Assembly (NCBI GenBank): GCA_937625935.1
Contig: OW569352.1
Span: 434,001-498,000 of the forward strand
DNA length: 64,000 bases
Direction: 5' to 3'
DNA from: Tetramitus jugosus
Lineage: Eukaryota; Protista; Heterolobosea
Made by a program: the position numbers and the translations under genes. Positions 12,101-22,517 of this stretch are shown here, piece by piece. Each line of letters opens with the position of its first letter. The stretch's first letter is position 1. The notes below the pieces were generated by a model. The model was not told the DNA's origin, ran no database searches, and saw only the letters and a program-made list of their open reading frames with translations.

Positions 12101-13412
12101 AAAGATTTGGAACTGGTTCATCAATACGGAGGCGCATAGCATATATAGTGGTATCGGTGATCGAGACTCATGGTACATGAACATTGTTCTCGAGTATGCG
12201 AGTGGTGGAGATTTGAGATCAATAGTTTCCCAGCACAGATTGATGAAAAAGTCGATCAAGACTAGCACAATTACGAAATGGCTGAAACAAATATGTGCCT
12301 CTCTACAGGTCATGCATCAGCAAAAGCTGATACATCGAGATCTGAAACCTGGAAACATATTTTTGGTGTCGAAAGATGAGCAAGAACCCTCGAGCGAGAC
12401 TCGACCAAATCATAAGGCAAGACATGCCCGACAACAACTCGACTCTCTTCGATCAATACCTCTCGATGATTTGAATGCCAAAATTGGCGATCTTGGATTG
12501 GCATTGAGAACTGATGAATTAACGAGAGAAAATAATGCCCATGGAACAGAAGTATACAAACCCCCAGAAGCCCATGATGGAAAGAGATATAACACAGCAT
12601 TCGATATTTGGAGTCTTGGATGTCTTGCCATGGAACTCATAACCTTGGAAGAGTTAGTCAACTATCGATTGAAGATTAAGAATAATCCTCAATATATTCA
12701 GAAAAAGTTGAACTCGTTGCACCACCTGATAGATGACAGATTGGCAGTGTTTTGCTCCAAGTGTCTCCAACCTGAACCATCTGACAGACCATCAGCTCAA
12801 GAGTTACTCCAACTCTTAGCGATCGAAGACGTTGTTCCATTGACAGATACAGATGAGCTTGCCTCTCTTGGAGAACATGAGAAGGATATGATAGAAGATA
12901 TTGAGGAAACTCAGACTATACAACAATTATTATCAACAGATTGCCCCACACCAAATGCAACACCTAGAGGCTCTCACACCCCAAGAGATCCACGAAGAGT
13001 AACAAAAGATGCATTTACAGATTTCATTCTAGACCAGATCGAAGCTGATGAGAAAGTTAGCGAAGACAAACCACTGGACAACAATCCTTCTTCCACTTCC
13101 TCCTCAGAACTTCAAACCGAAGTTTCAATCGATCAACAATTCCCTAGTTTGCTACCCGTGCATCGAGAGAAACTTCATCAACTTCTTGTCAAGAGGGTAG
13201 ATACTTGGACTGAATCTGATGTCGGTGTGTGGCTCACCACCATTGACTTCGCTAGATATGTCGAGCTGTTTAGATCCCAAGAAATCGATGGTAGTGCATT
13301 GCTCATTCTCGACAAAGCAGAGCTGGAGAAGATTGGTGTGACCAAGGTTGGTCCCAAGGTAAAGCTCTGGAATGCCATTGAAACACTGAGACAGATCAAT
13401 CAGAAAATGTAA
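9120..13412 (+). CDS. Pseudokinase + Ser/Thr kinase (NEK-like) + C-terminal SAM domain protein
   Basis: Domain 1 is degenerate (LHGNL, KLGNF, SEVFSFG); domain 2 is intact (GSQGRV, AIK, HRDLKPGN, DLG, PPE, DIWSLG); SAM WTESDVGVWL..FRSQEIDGSALL..KVG. Confidence 0.88.
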   Translation: MTQTVDTVVRSSSSTSTTVKPPSQTNSPTTIPPDNTHSALTVESQSEHYPFRLLLSTEEEEEGGGHVVLQVGQIPHAEETVTLSLNHDNTTAEFVHNNHHQHNNNSHHEPLMISPDAARITNMIDVSHVVSTRQSPLQQQQQSPPIILQEATTSNSPSIVVQSQLPPQQQQQQQQASVNVIERGTNRKRNHERVLSDLLHHFNESDMESEEFRKKFGISSTRITKFSALNSQHFLFSGNSAMMGGGSVGGGSRSTNRTYSSSFYDSTMTDCDEEEEDDEDEYEEEDYEDECDVEANLANESVPHINFDEDEDNEEVEEEEEDDVDDEIVEDLEDNTNVDGLVPEQKVTVSSAVVNQRETGNGGTTRIPNTLNSRANRNSNQVPRDQLTMVVIHKPFELIRKESPHPQQNNVMGNEANGFIKILERSKLKLSSIEPQTRLRPLRVKASKKNSVIEYDEEEFDIHEKLRQYYYHYYANVYADRFMYSAEQMQSTIHTPSQNNTIIRNLLRPHTDQHRRVKVISQYVFNPNIVENYKKQTMKWITGIAEHPHIVRYLDFEVDYVVNTAYNESYYVFWIIVEDLLESMMTKFLASSRESGGKCFVYTMLLDWMIQLASALSHLHNHDVLHGNLQMDAIFVKNNLIKLGNFQFMPNNPLETQASNQPFSDEDLRVPHPKINRPPLPRDTTDFEGDWSYDKRSEVFSFGVLLLSICTLRKSVAPLVSAFWNRDTVYISQVYNCVKQNYTKQLEGVLSRCCEMDPSKRPTMAELVVNLEHLKTLYSSNRSKSKSKSSTSFVDKIKQDMFEAEYGDMSSYLSYDMAGSSTSETKQNRKLAVPLPICAPDGPAYASTLLGCGKTVKNYVMEKYGKNRYAISRVGKQGNKSFLKIKIVKASKAMSFKGKPQDNNDSMNASTISSSLQATREFELLQMRSSIQNYEVDELINAGSQGRVYLAREKKTNKFCAIKRIELKDHRSIHTAGREISIMYDMAEKNAGFIKIWNWFINTEAHSIYSGIGDRDSWYMNIVLEYASGGDLRSIVSQHRLMKKSIKTSTITKWLKQICASLQVMHQQKLIHRDLKPGNIFLVSKDEQEPSSETRPNHKARHARQQLDSLRSIPLDDLNAKIGDLGLALRTDELTRENNAHGTEVYKPPEAHDGKRYNTAFDIWSLGCLAMELITLEELVNYRLKIKNNPQYIQKKLNSLHHLIDDRLAVFCSKCLQPEPSDRPSAQELLQLLAIEDVVPLTDTDELASLGEHEKDMIEDIEETQTIQQLLSTDCPTPNATPRGSHTPRDPRRVTKDAFTDFILDQIEADEKVSEDKPLDNNPSSTSSSELQTEVSIDQQFPSLLPVHREKLHQLLVKRVDTWTESDVGVWLTTIDFARYVELFRSQEIDGSALLILDKAELEKIGVTKVGPKVKLWNAIETLRQINQKM

Positions 13413-13431
13413 ACTGTGTTTTAGCAATGTT

Positions 13432-15024
13432 TTACTTTTTCGACTTTTCCTTCTTGCCGCCTTTTGCTGACTTCTGAATCACTTCTTCTCTCTCGAACAA
13501 ATTCTTAAATGTGTTGACATTGTCCAGAATCTTCAACTCCGTAATAAAGGAGTCCATCATATCACCGTTCATCATTGCACCGACACCAAACTGTGACATG
13601 TGAATTCTGTGATCTGTCACTCTGTCCTGTGGATAATTATATGTTCTAATCTTCTCTGATCGATCACCCAGGCCAATCTGTTCACTACGTGACAAATTTC
13701 TCTGCTTATCATACTCTTCCTTTTGCTTATTGTACAATCTAGATCTCAAGATTGCCATTGCTTTTTCTCTGTTTTGATGCTGCGATCTCTCATCTGAAAT
13801 GGTCACAACAATGCCCGAGGGCAAATGAGTAACACGCACAGCAGAATCCGTCACGTTCACGTGCTGACCACCAGCACCACTCGCTCTCATCGTATCAATC
13901 TTGATATCAGTCGGACTGATCTGAATATCAATGTCCTTCATCTCTGGTAAGACAGCCACAGTTGCCGCACTCGTATGAATCCTACCGTATCCATCCGTGA
14001 CGGGCACACGTTGCACACGATGCACACCAGACTCGTACTGCAAACAACCATACACATGATTCAAATTCAACAATTCGTCACCACTGTCGTCATCACTGGA
14101 TTTGACTCTCGATGTCACATTGACAATACCACCCTTGCACTTTCCACCGGATGACTGAAATTCGATCCATTCGAATCCCCATCCCTTCTTCCTCGCATAA
14201 TTCTCATACATTTTCAACAAATCCATGCAAAACAGTGCGGCTTCATCTCCTCCGACGCCTGGTCTCACTTCAAGGATGACATTGGAGTTTTCACGAGGTC
14301 CCATCATGAGTGCAGCATTACTACTACTACTACTACTGTTATTGCTGTTCGTTCCCTGTTGCATATCCTGCTGCATCTCAATAAAATGCTTTCCCTTAAT
14401 CAAGCACATGATTAACTTTTTTTCCCGCGGTTTTAATTTCTCCTCCAAAACCTCCGACAGTTCACTTCGCGCCAAATCCCTTAGCTCCGCATCTTCCTTG
14501 TCATTATGGATGACTGATTTTAAATTTTCTGCTTCTTCGAGCGCCTTTTGATACTCTTCTTGACACGAAACAATCTTATTGAGCCATTTCATCTCCTTGC
14601 CCAACAATTGAGCACTTGCACCACCTCCACTGACACTACTCGCACCAGAAATAATATCTTGATTAATCTTGTGATACCTCTCAATCAATTTATTCACATG
14701 ATCAATCACTTGTTGATTCATACCAAGTGAATGCTTTTGTTGTTGTTGTTGATGCATGTGTTCAGTGCTGTCATCATCATCGTCATTGTCTTCACTACTA
14801 GTACTACTACTAGTGGATTTGTTGTTTGGGCGACTGAAACGAGTGGAAAATGTGCTAAAAAGAGAAATTTGTTGTTGTTGTTGTTGAAGTTGTTGAAGAA
14901 TGAGAGAGGTTGTTGGTTGATGATGAATAAAGAGACATCGATTTGATTGTTGTTGCAGTGTTCGATGATGGGTAATGATGGACATTGATGATTGTCGAAC
15001 GACTCGTGAAAACAACATGGTCAT
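13432..15024 (-). CDS. MRF1: Mitochondrial peptide chain release factor 1 with presequence
   Basis: YESGVHRVQRVPVT (PxT motif), RASGAGGQHVN, RSEKIRTYNYPQDRVTDHR; Arg/Ser-rich N-terminus. Confidence 0.95.
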   Translation of the reverse strand: MTMLFSRVVRQSSMSIITHHRTLQQQSNRCLFIHHQPTTSLILQQLQQQQQQISLFSTFSTRFSRPNNKSTSSSTSSEDNDDDDDSTEHMHQQQQQKHSLGMNQQVIDHVNKLIERYHKINQDIISGASSVSGGGASAQLLGKEMKWLNKIVSCQEEYQKALEEAENLKSVIHNDKEDAELRDLARSELSEVLEEKLKPREKKLIMCLIKGKHFIEMQQDMQQGTNSNNSSSSSSNAALMMGPRENSNVILEVRPGVGGDEAALFCMDLLKMYENYARKKGWGFEWIEFQSSGGKCKGGIVNVTSRVKSSDDDSGDELLNLNHVYGCLQYESGVHRVQRVPVTDGYGRIHTSAATVAVLPEMKDIDIQISPTDIKIDTMRASGAGGQHVNVTDSAVRVTHLPSGIVVTISDERSQHQNREKAMAILRSRLYNKQKEEYDKQRNLSRSEQIGLGDRSEKIRTYNYPQDRVTDHRIHMSQFGVGAMMNGDMMDSFITELKILDNVNTFKNLFEREEVIQKSAKGGKKEKSKK

Positions 15025-15214
15025 CCTATCTTCTCTCGAATGAATTGAATTTTTCTTCTTCTTGTGTGAAAAATGATTTTTTGATGTGTCGGTGAAATTA
15101 GTTATGGCGGAAGAACAACTTTCTCAACTCACATAAGAAAACTTATTCCCAAAGAAAATCAACAGCAAAGCAAAGCAGAGCAGAGCAGACATAATAACTC
15201 AAACCAATATCACA

Positions 15215-15880
15215 ATGTCATCCACCACCAATAACAATGACGACGATGGAGCCCATATCAAAGCTACCATGACCCACACAATTGATAACCTCGAATGGGC
15301 TCAAGGCAAAATCACAAGTGAAACATTGGCGCCATTCAGGGATCCAGTCAAGGGCGCAGGACAAACGCGTATTGCCACACTAAAGTACCCATGGAACCAC
15401 GTGGTCGATGCCTATGAAAAACGCTTCCCTACGAATCCACTGTTTCCCTACATTGAAAAAACTGAAGTGCTCCAATTGGAGACGACAGAGACAACAAAGA
15501 GAGAGGTGAGAAGAGTGAGTATTGATGCTGGAATGCCAGGTTGGTTGAAATCATTGTCCCGTATTCAGAATTTTGTCTTTGTGGAGGACTCGTTTATTGA
15601 TTATCAGAAACGAGTGATGCAATTGAAGACAAAGAATGAATCGTTGGGATATTATACGACAATTGATGAAGATTGTACGTACAAGCAACATCCGGATCAT
15701 CCAGAGTGGACTCTAAAGGAACAAACTGGGTACTATAAGCTTCATACGTGGTTGTTTGGAGTGGAGTCAAAGATTGAGAATTATGGTTCGTGGATCTTTA
15801 TTGAGAGAGCCAAGGATGCCTTGAAGCAGGAAATGACATTGATTGAGAAAATTATAGCAGAAAAGCAACAAGACAAGTAA
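15215..15880 (+). CDS. PRELI/MSF1 (Ups-like) mitochondrial lipid-transfer protein
   Basis: YPWNHVVDAYEKRFP, EDSFID..KTKNES, EDCTYKQHPDHPEWT..Q. Confidence 0.88.
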   Translation: MSSTTNNNDDDGAHIKATMTHTIDNLEWAQGKITSETLAPFRDPVKGAGQTRIATLKYPWNHVVDAYEKRFPTNPLFPYIEKTEVLQLETTETTKREVRRVSIDAGMPGWLKSLSRIQNFVFVEDSFIDYQKRVMQLKTKNESLGYYTTIDEDCTYKQHPDHPEWTLKEQTGYYKLHTWLFGVESKIENYGSWIFIERAKDALKQEMTLIEKIIAEKQQDK

Positions 15881-16033
15881 AGAGTTTTGTGAATTTAATA
15901 AATTTTTTACAAGTAGTTGTAGGAATACAATGAAAGTAATGTTGTGTGGTTGTCTTCTGATTGATTTAACGATCAGACGGGACAAATATCTAGTGGAGGT
16001 TGTTGGAGTTGTTGTGACTGGGGTTGGGAATAC

Positions 16034-16993
16034 TTATTCCATATCCTCATCCTCTTCCGAGTCAATCTCCATGTTCTTCATGATTTGAGAAATCTTGAAT
16101 GGGCCATAAGTGGTCATTGCTTCCACATCATCGTCCACCAAGACAACTTCAAAGTCACCACTCTTGTCTTCACTCTTGACCAACAAAACCAAATCGCCAG
16201 ATCCAATACAGATAAAGTCGTCAGCACCGGCAATACCAGTCACCTTCTTCCATTCATCTTCTGGCAACAACATGGTTGCAAGTTCAGTACCAACAAAGAA
16301 CTCGCTAATCTTTGTGTTCTTGTATCTATTCTTTGACATACCGAGAGCCAATGCAGAGAATTGAAGAATTGCCTTTGGGATTGGCTTGCCAAGATAAGTT
16401 GAGCTAATCATCTTGATTGTCTTTTCAGACAAGACACCACCAAACTTTTCCATGGCAGTACGGACAGCCTTGGAAAGTTCTTCTTCCTTTGCAACTTCTT
16501 CAGTGGCCTTGCCGGTCGATCTTCTTCTTCTGTTACCTGCCTTTCTAGAGACAGTCTTGGTTGTAATCTCTTCTTGTTGTTCCGCTTCGGAATCAGAAAC
16601 TTCCTCCTTCTTTGTAACAGTCTTCTTCTTCTTGGAAGCTTCAGACTTCTTGGAATCGCTGCTCTTCTTGGTGGTCTTGGATTGCTTGGAAACTCTCTTG
16701 CTGTTGGTAATGTTCTTCAGTGCAGAGGATCTCTTCTCGAGCACATTGACAGATACAACCTTCTTCTTCAATGGAACAACACCATCAACAACGATGTGTG
16801 TCAATTTCTTGTCATTGTAAGTAACAGGTTCCTTACGGCTTCTAGTGCTTCTCTTGATATTCTTCTCCTCAACCTTGCATCCATAAGCGACTCTCTTGTC
16901 TCTGTTGACGGCTCCACTGGTTCTATTCTTCCAGTGAGTAGCAGGGAGCTTTGGGTATCTCAATTCGGATTGGTTTTCGACAGCAGCTGGCAT
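16034..16993 (-). CDS. Hypothetical protein with Lys/Arg-rich N-terminal half and a globular acidic C-terminal domain
   Basis: Long ORF with codon usage like its neighbours; first ATG at 16993. Confidence 0.75.
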   Translation of the reverse strand: MPAAVENQSELRYPKLPATHWKNRTSGAVNRDKRVAYGCKVEEKNIKRSTRSRKEPVTYNDKKLTHIVVDGVVPLKKKVVSVNVLEKRSSALKNITNSKRVSKQSKTTKKSSDSKKSEASKKKKTVTKKEEVSDSEAEQQEEITTKTVSRKAGNRRRRSTGKATEEVAKEEELSKAVRTAMEKFGGVLSEKTIKMISSTYLGKPIPKAILQFSALALGMSKNRYKNTKISEFFVGTELATMLLPEDEWKKVTGIAGADDFICIGSGDLVLLVKSEDKSGDFEVVLVDDDVEAMTTYGPFKISQIMKNMEIDSEEDEDME

Positions 16994-17154
16994 TCTATGA
17001 TTCAACGATTAGTGTTGTTGGCTTTTAAGTTGTTGTTTTGTTTCTAGATGTTTGTTGTTTGGAAATGAAGCAATTCAACATGGTCAAAATGGTCGTTGCA
17101 ATTTAATTCGAATTGTGTAACGGCAAAAACAAATCGTTATCCGATTTTGAGTCC

Positions 17155-17162
17155 GCGCCAAA
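17155..17162 (-). promoter_or_regulatory. E2F-consensus-like site TTTGGCGC
   Basis: Exact TTTSSCGC match about 160 nt upstream of the ATG at 16993; a short motif that could occur by chance. Confidence 0.3.
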
Positions 17163-17286
17163 TTATCGATAACGACCAGTCGAGATGGATGTCGCCGCTG
17201 AATGTCATGGAAAAAATTTACCCGATGATGAAGCATGATTCGTTTGTGTGCCCATGACATTTTTTGTTTTATTACAAGTTTTATAT

Positions 17287-18279
17287 TTATGCAGAGAATT
17301 CGAACAAGACACCAGTCTTTGCACCCTTGGTGGAATCGAAAACGTTGGTTTGAACAGTGGTGGTTGCAGTCAATCTGTTGTTAATGTTGACCTTGTATGC
17401 AGCAGCAACTTCACCATTGTTGTTAATCTTTGCTCTAACAGCAGAGTTGGCATCAATTTGGTAAGTGTTACCAAGAGTGAAGGTTGGCTTGCTCAACTTG
17501 GTACCAGCCAAAGTTTGGTTGACATCCAAAGCGACGGACAACTTGTCGTCAATCTTTTGAGCAAAACCAATCTTGAGGCGTTGCAACTTGTCTTCAGCAA
17601 GAGCAGCAAAAGTGTAGTTCTTGTCAGAGTATCTGAGACCCAAGTGATAGTTGTTCAAAATGTCAGCTTGGTTCTTTGGTGTTGGGTAAGCAGTCAACAA
17701 AGCCTTTGCTCCCAAAGTCAAACCTTCGTAGTTGAAGGTAGCGGAGGTGTCAACAGTAACTGGAGCACCAACCTTCTTTTCGACGGTAGCTTCAAAGGTG
17801 TATCCCTTTTGAGCATATTGAACAAAGCTCTTAACCTTGTTGTTGGAGCTGGATGGCTCAGTGGCCAAAACAGCAGATCCACCATAGACAAGGTCACCGT
17901 TGATAATCTTGGCTTGAGTAGAGACTGCTCCGTCCAAACCCAAAGATCCATTGGTCTTCAAGTTCTTTCCGTAGCATTGAGTAGAGCTGTCCCAGGAGAA
18001 AGCACCATCAACACCTTCCTTCTTGCTTCCTTCAGTGGTGATAGCCTGTTGTTTGATAGTAACATTGATTCGTGATCAATTGAACAAAAAATGAGTCAGT
18101 ATTTGTTGGGATCAAATCAAACACAGGAGATCAAAATGTTGATCGAAAAAACATTGAGGAAGATGGTGAACACATACCAAAGCTGGGCTAACTCTGGTGC
18201 CAACCTTCAAGTTTTGGCCGCTGATATATCCTGACTTAACAATGCCGTCAACTGGTCTGTAAAGATCTCCGTAGAACAT
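17287..18279 (-). CDS. VDAC: Mitochondrial outer-membrane porin VDAC; 2 exons (18279-18178, 18045-17287), 286 aa
   Basis: N-terminal MFYGDL helix, alternating beta-strand pattern, VRAKINNNG, terminal KTGVLFEF beta-signal; GTATGT..CAG intron 18177-18046. Confidence 0.9.
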
Positions 18280-18689
18280 GATGAAATTCGATTGTAGTGT
18301 ACGCGTTTCTTGTTTGTGTTGTGTTTCAAAAAGTTATTGGGTTTGTTTTTGTTGCGGTTTACAGCCAGCGGAGAGAACTCACCACACTGTGGCAAGACAG
18401 GGACCAGGATTTTGGCGATCACAGTTTTTTCCACTCAACCCCAAGCAGTTTACAATGTAAATTGACGTGGATATTTTCGGATTTCCAATTATTTTGCCGC
18501 TAAAATTCCGATCTGCTTCTGACCACGAAGCGCCAAGACAAATTGAGGCATATCATGATACAATAGCGCCATCGTTTTTATTTACAAAGTTGATTGACGA
18601 CGAGTGATATCTGACCCTCCCTCGATGTTGTGTTATGATTCTGTCCCCCGTTACAGTTGACTGTCTGCGATCAACTGTTAAAAATTTCA

Positions 18690-20339
18690 TTATGCACTTA
18701 GTTGCTTCCTATGATACAGCAAGTATGTGTTTTGCCAGCTATTCTTGTTGAGAGATTCGTATTTGCCTAATGTGTTCACATGGGGCGCAGGCACTCCCTG
18801 TTTCACAGTATCACTCAAAAAGTTGGTAATGTTCCTAACGTTGGGGCTAGGCACCAGAGACAAACCATGGGACTCCCATCCCTCTCCCAATTTAATCTGA
18901 TAATCCAGTAAACCTTCAAAGAATGTGACAGTGTTCAAATTCTTTGACAATGACTCCGCAGCCAGTCTAATCTGATAGAATTGATTAATCATTGCTTGAG
19001 TGGGTTCTGGGTTATCAGTGGCACTTAGCACGGAGCCTTCCTCATGTTCCATGAGCAACAAAGGTGCATATACTCTATTGTTTCCATAGCTTGTTCCTAC
19101 TTGCTGATGCTGTGGTGATACTGATTGAGATTGTTCTTGTTCAGCGGTCACTGAAGCTTTTGGTGTGCTTATCGTGGACAATGTGGCATGATTGGACTTT
19201 GTTTTGTCATTTTCTTCCTCGTTATTGAGCTCCAGTGTTGGTGTAGCATGTGCTAAATTTGACTCACACATGAACAATAGCTGTTGAACGAGGCGTTTTG
19301 CCAATTTGCAGTCACCCATCTTGAATCTAGCTTCTGCTTGACCCCAAATGGACTGTGCAACAAATATTGGAAAGCTATTGATTTGAATCGCAATCTCCTC
19401 TGCTTTCAAACAACTTGTCAACATGTCTCTAAACTTTCCTGATGTTGACTGTTCGAAATGACTGAATAAATATTGATTGTAGAGTTCCATTTGTGTTCGT
19501 ACGTGATCACGCTTTTCACTCATGGACTGTTCATATGAGTCATAAATGATTCCCTCTGCTGTCTCCTCTTCACTCTCACTGTCATTGTCACTGTCGTCAC
19601 TACTCTCTCGTTCTTCAGAAGTAGTAGTAGGAGATGATGATGATGATGATACGACTACGAGTGCAGTCGTGTGACTGGGTCCTTCATGTGCTAATGTCAA
19701 TGTAGGAGATGAAATGTGAGTAGGAGTCATCAGCATGGTTGTTGTCGTAGTCATTGAAGTAGTATACTCCACAGTACTCATCATGACTAATGAGTCTTCA
19801 GATGATAGAGAAGAAGTGTCCTGTACCATATCATCATCATCATCGTCATAGTTGTCATCATCATAGTCATCACTCATGTCAGTGTACTTTTCTTCTTCTT
19901 CTTCTATGCCATCATACTTCTGACCGAGGGACAATGAATGATGATATGACGATTTGTTGTTGTTGCTATTGGATGATGATTGCTTATTTGCGGCATTATG
20001 ATAGGTAAATTGAAGCAAATTGCTCATGTACAGTGTTGGTGCAGCAGGTTTGACATTGACTGGAAGTGACAACGATGATGATGATGTTGTTGTTGTTGGT
20101 GCATGTTGTTGTTCTTTCCTATGTTTTGTTTGTCTATGCTTTTTGTTTGAGCCAACAACAACAGCAACTGGAGGCTGAGCATATTGTTCATCAGTGGATG
20201 ATGCGTGCGCAGTATTTTGACCACCACCAAACACTTTTTTTTTCAACGCGGCAAACTGTGATTGAAAATGATAGTGCTTCAGTGGTGTGGGCACATGAAT
20301 TTGATAATGGGAATAGGGAGGTGATGATGATGCAGACAT
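18690..20339 (-). CDS. Hypothetical low-complexity protein with a central TPR-like helix pair
   Basis: 549-aa ATG ORF; no family recognised. Confidence 0.7.
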   Translation of the reverse strand: MSASSSPPYSHYQIHVPTPLKHYHFQSQFAALKKKVFGGGQNTAHASSTDEQYAQPPVAVVVGSNKKHRQTKHRKEQQHAPTTTTSSSSLSLPVNVKPAAPTLYMSNLLQFTYHNAANKQSSSNSNNNKSSYHHSLSLGQKYDGIEEEEEKYTDMSDDYDDDNYDDDDDDMVQDTSSLSSEDSLVMMSTVEYTTSMTTTTTMLMTPTHISSPTLTLAHEGPSHTTALVVVSSSSSSPTTTSEERESSDDSDNDSESEEETAEGIIYDSYEQSMSEKRDHVRTQMELYNQYLFSHFEQSTSGKFRDMLTSCLKAEEIAIQINSFPIFVAQSIWGQAEARFKMGDCKLAKRLVQQLLFMCESNLAHATPTLELNNEEENDKTKSNHATLSTISTPKASVTAEQEQSQSVSPQHQQVGTSYGNNRVYAPLLLMEHEEGSVLSATDNPEPTQAMINQFYQIRLAAESLSKNLNTVTFFEGLLDYQIKLGEGWESHGLSLVPSPNVRNITNFLSDTVKQGVPAPHVNTLGKYESLNKNSWQNTYLLYHRKQLSA

Positions 20340-20621
20340 GTGTGTGGTTTTCTCTCAAATGACAAATGTTTGTTGTGTGGAGGTTTTCGTTTTTTTGTAT
20401 CTCTATTGTTTGTTCTGTTATTTTATATCAGTAGGTAATAACAAAAAGTGATGTGTGGAGTGTAACGAGTGTGTTGGAGTGGATGATGGGAGTCAGTTCT
20501 CTGCTTTGGAGTGTGTTGTGGTTGCTGTCCAGATAGGTTTTCAGATTTCTTTCTTATGGAAGGTGAAGGAAATGGCGGTTTTTAGACAGCCCGACCATTT
20601 CCAAAAAAAGAGAAGATTGAT

Positions 20622-22258
20622 TTACAGCTTCAGCTCTTTTAGCTCAACAAGAGGTGTTGGTTCGATGCTGACAGCATCTTCATCATCACTCAGAAGGAGC
20701 TCACTTGAGGATACATCATCGGATAGGACTGGGTTCTGTAACTGCTGATAAGACTTTTTGTTTTGCCTTGAGAAAATGAAGGCAAAACAGGCTACAAATT
20801 TATATTCAATGTGTCAGTGGATTGTTTAGAGGATATGACATGATAACTGCGATTGTACATACCAAATAATAAGTTTGCGAACAATAAAAGGGAAACACTG
20901 CCCGCTAACAATAAGCCAATTTGTAACAACCGGTCGTATTCCTTTGAACAGAATTGCTTGTTGAAATCGAGAGCAACTTGCTCAGCGGGTCTCGAGGTCA
21001 CGTTCAGAGAGTCATGTATGCATGTTATTGTCGTTACTCTTCGAGAACACTTGAAAATTTCGTCAATCGATGAAGTGTAAAACGATTCCTTCTTCACCGA
21101 TCGGTATGCTAGATCGAAAGAATTTCCCTCTTCTTTGAATCTGTTTCCACAACCATCACTCACATCGTTTATAGTCGTATGACTGTCTAGATCATCTGTT
21201 CGAAACCCTTGCACAACAGATGCACTACCTCCACCGTCCAAGTTAATAGCATTCTTAACCCCTAAAGAGATTAACACATCAGCTAATTCGTACAATGTAA
21301 GTCCCTTTTTTGCATTTCCATCACCATCAATTTCAACAATGATGATTCTACCCTTATCATCATGACCAAGTGCAATACGGGATGCACGTAGATTTATAAA
21401 CTGCTGCAGAGAACCAGATTTTTGAGTATCTGGGTATTCTTTTGTAAGAGAACCATGGACAAAGGACTCTCCCTCTCTCACTAACCAAATCACACCACCA
21501 ACCATATTTACAATGGAGTCGTTTTCGTCTCCTGTCGATTGTCGAAGTGCTTGATTTGCGGTGTCAACTCCGCCAACATATCCAACCATAACTTTGCCCT
21601 TCTTTGAAATGGCGAGATTCACATTCGTGGTAGCAGATTGTTGTACCACTCTTCCATTACTAACAATATTTCCCAAACAATGTCCATTGTTGACATCAAA
21701 AAATCCAGCATTCGTCGCATAGATACATGTTACATTCTTTCCATTAAATACATCATAGTTCGGATCATTAGTCTTCTGATACTTTAACGAATTGGCAGTT
21801 TGCTCCACAGTTGTTCGACTGTCTACATTATTCTTACTATCGCAACCTGGTGATGGCTGCACAATACTAAAATGATTTCGTGGATTGTTCAATCGGATAA
21901 AATGACCATTTAGAAGAGTATCCCCAACATTTAAACTCTCAAACTTTGATCCAATATATCGATGCTCCACATCAGCCATTTCGTCCTCTGACCCATGAGG
22001 ACTCAAATCATGGATCTCAAATTCGGGTTTTCCACGATTAGCATTCATAATTTGGTCCAATGTGAGTTCAGGTCCTCCACGTTGCTTCGGATTGATACCA
22101 TATGGCATCGATGCCAACCAGTTCACGTCCATTGTCGAATAAGCACTTGTTGTTGACTGTTCTTGTTGAGACTCACAAACACTGTTGTTTGTAATGACGA
22201 GGAGAATGGCCATCAACAACAATAACACCAAAGATTTTTGTGAGTCGAGTGTTTGCAT
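20622..22258 (-). CDS. NAGPA: NAGPA-like phosphodiester glycosidase (uncovering enzyme), type I membrane protein; 2 exons (22258-20863, 20791-20622)
   Basis: Signal peptide; ATNAGFF..CLGNIVSNG; ASRIALGHD; NAINLDGGGS; RRVTTITCIH; TM helix. Intron 20862-20792 (GTATGT, CTGAC branch, TAG) completes the TM and adds a cytosolic tail. Confidence 0.88.
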
Positions 22259-22517
22259 GATGATGAAGCTTTCACGTGAGTTCGATTGTTTTTGTTTTTG
22301 CTGGTCTTGTTGGAAGGTCGGAGATTCAGAATTCAAGCAAAGCAACGTGTCGTGAATGGAGAAGAAACATGATTCAAGGATGGGCACTTCATGAGCATGT
22401 GTCCAACGCTGCTTGAAGGACAGACATTCTTTTTACCGCCAAAAGTCAGGCTTCCCGCCATTTACAGACAATTTTCAACGGCGACAATTTTAGCAAAACG
22501 CGAGGCTCAAAGACCGA

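Noticed and set aside
17248-18075. 275-aa + strand ORF
   Set aside because: It is the antisense shadow of VDAC, explained by biased codon usage; it starts at GTG and has no motif
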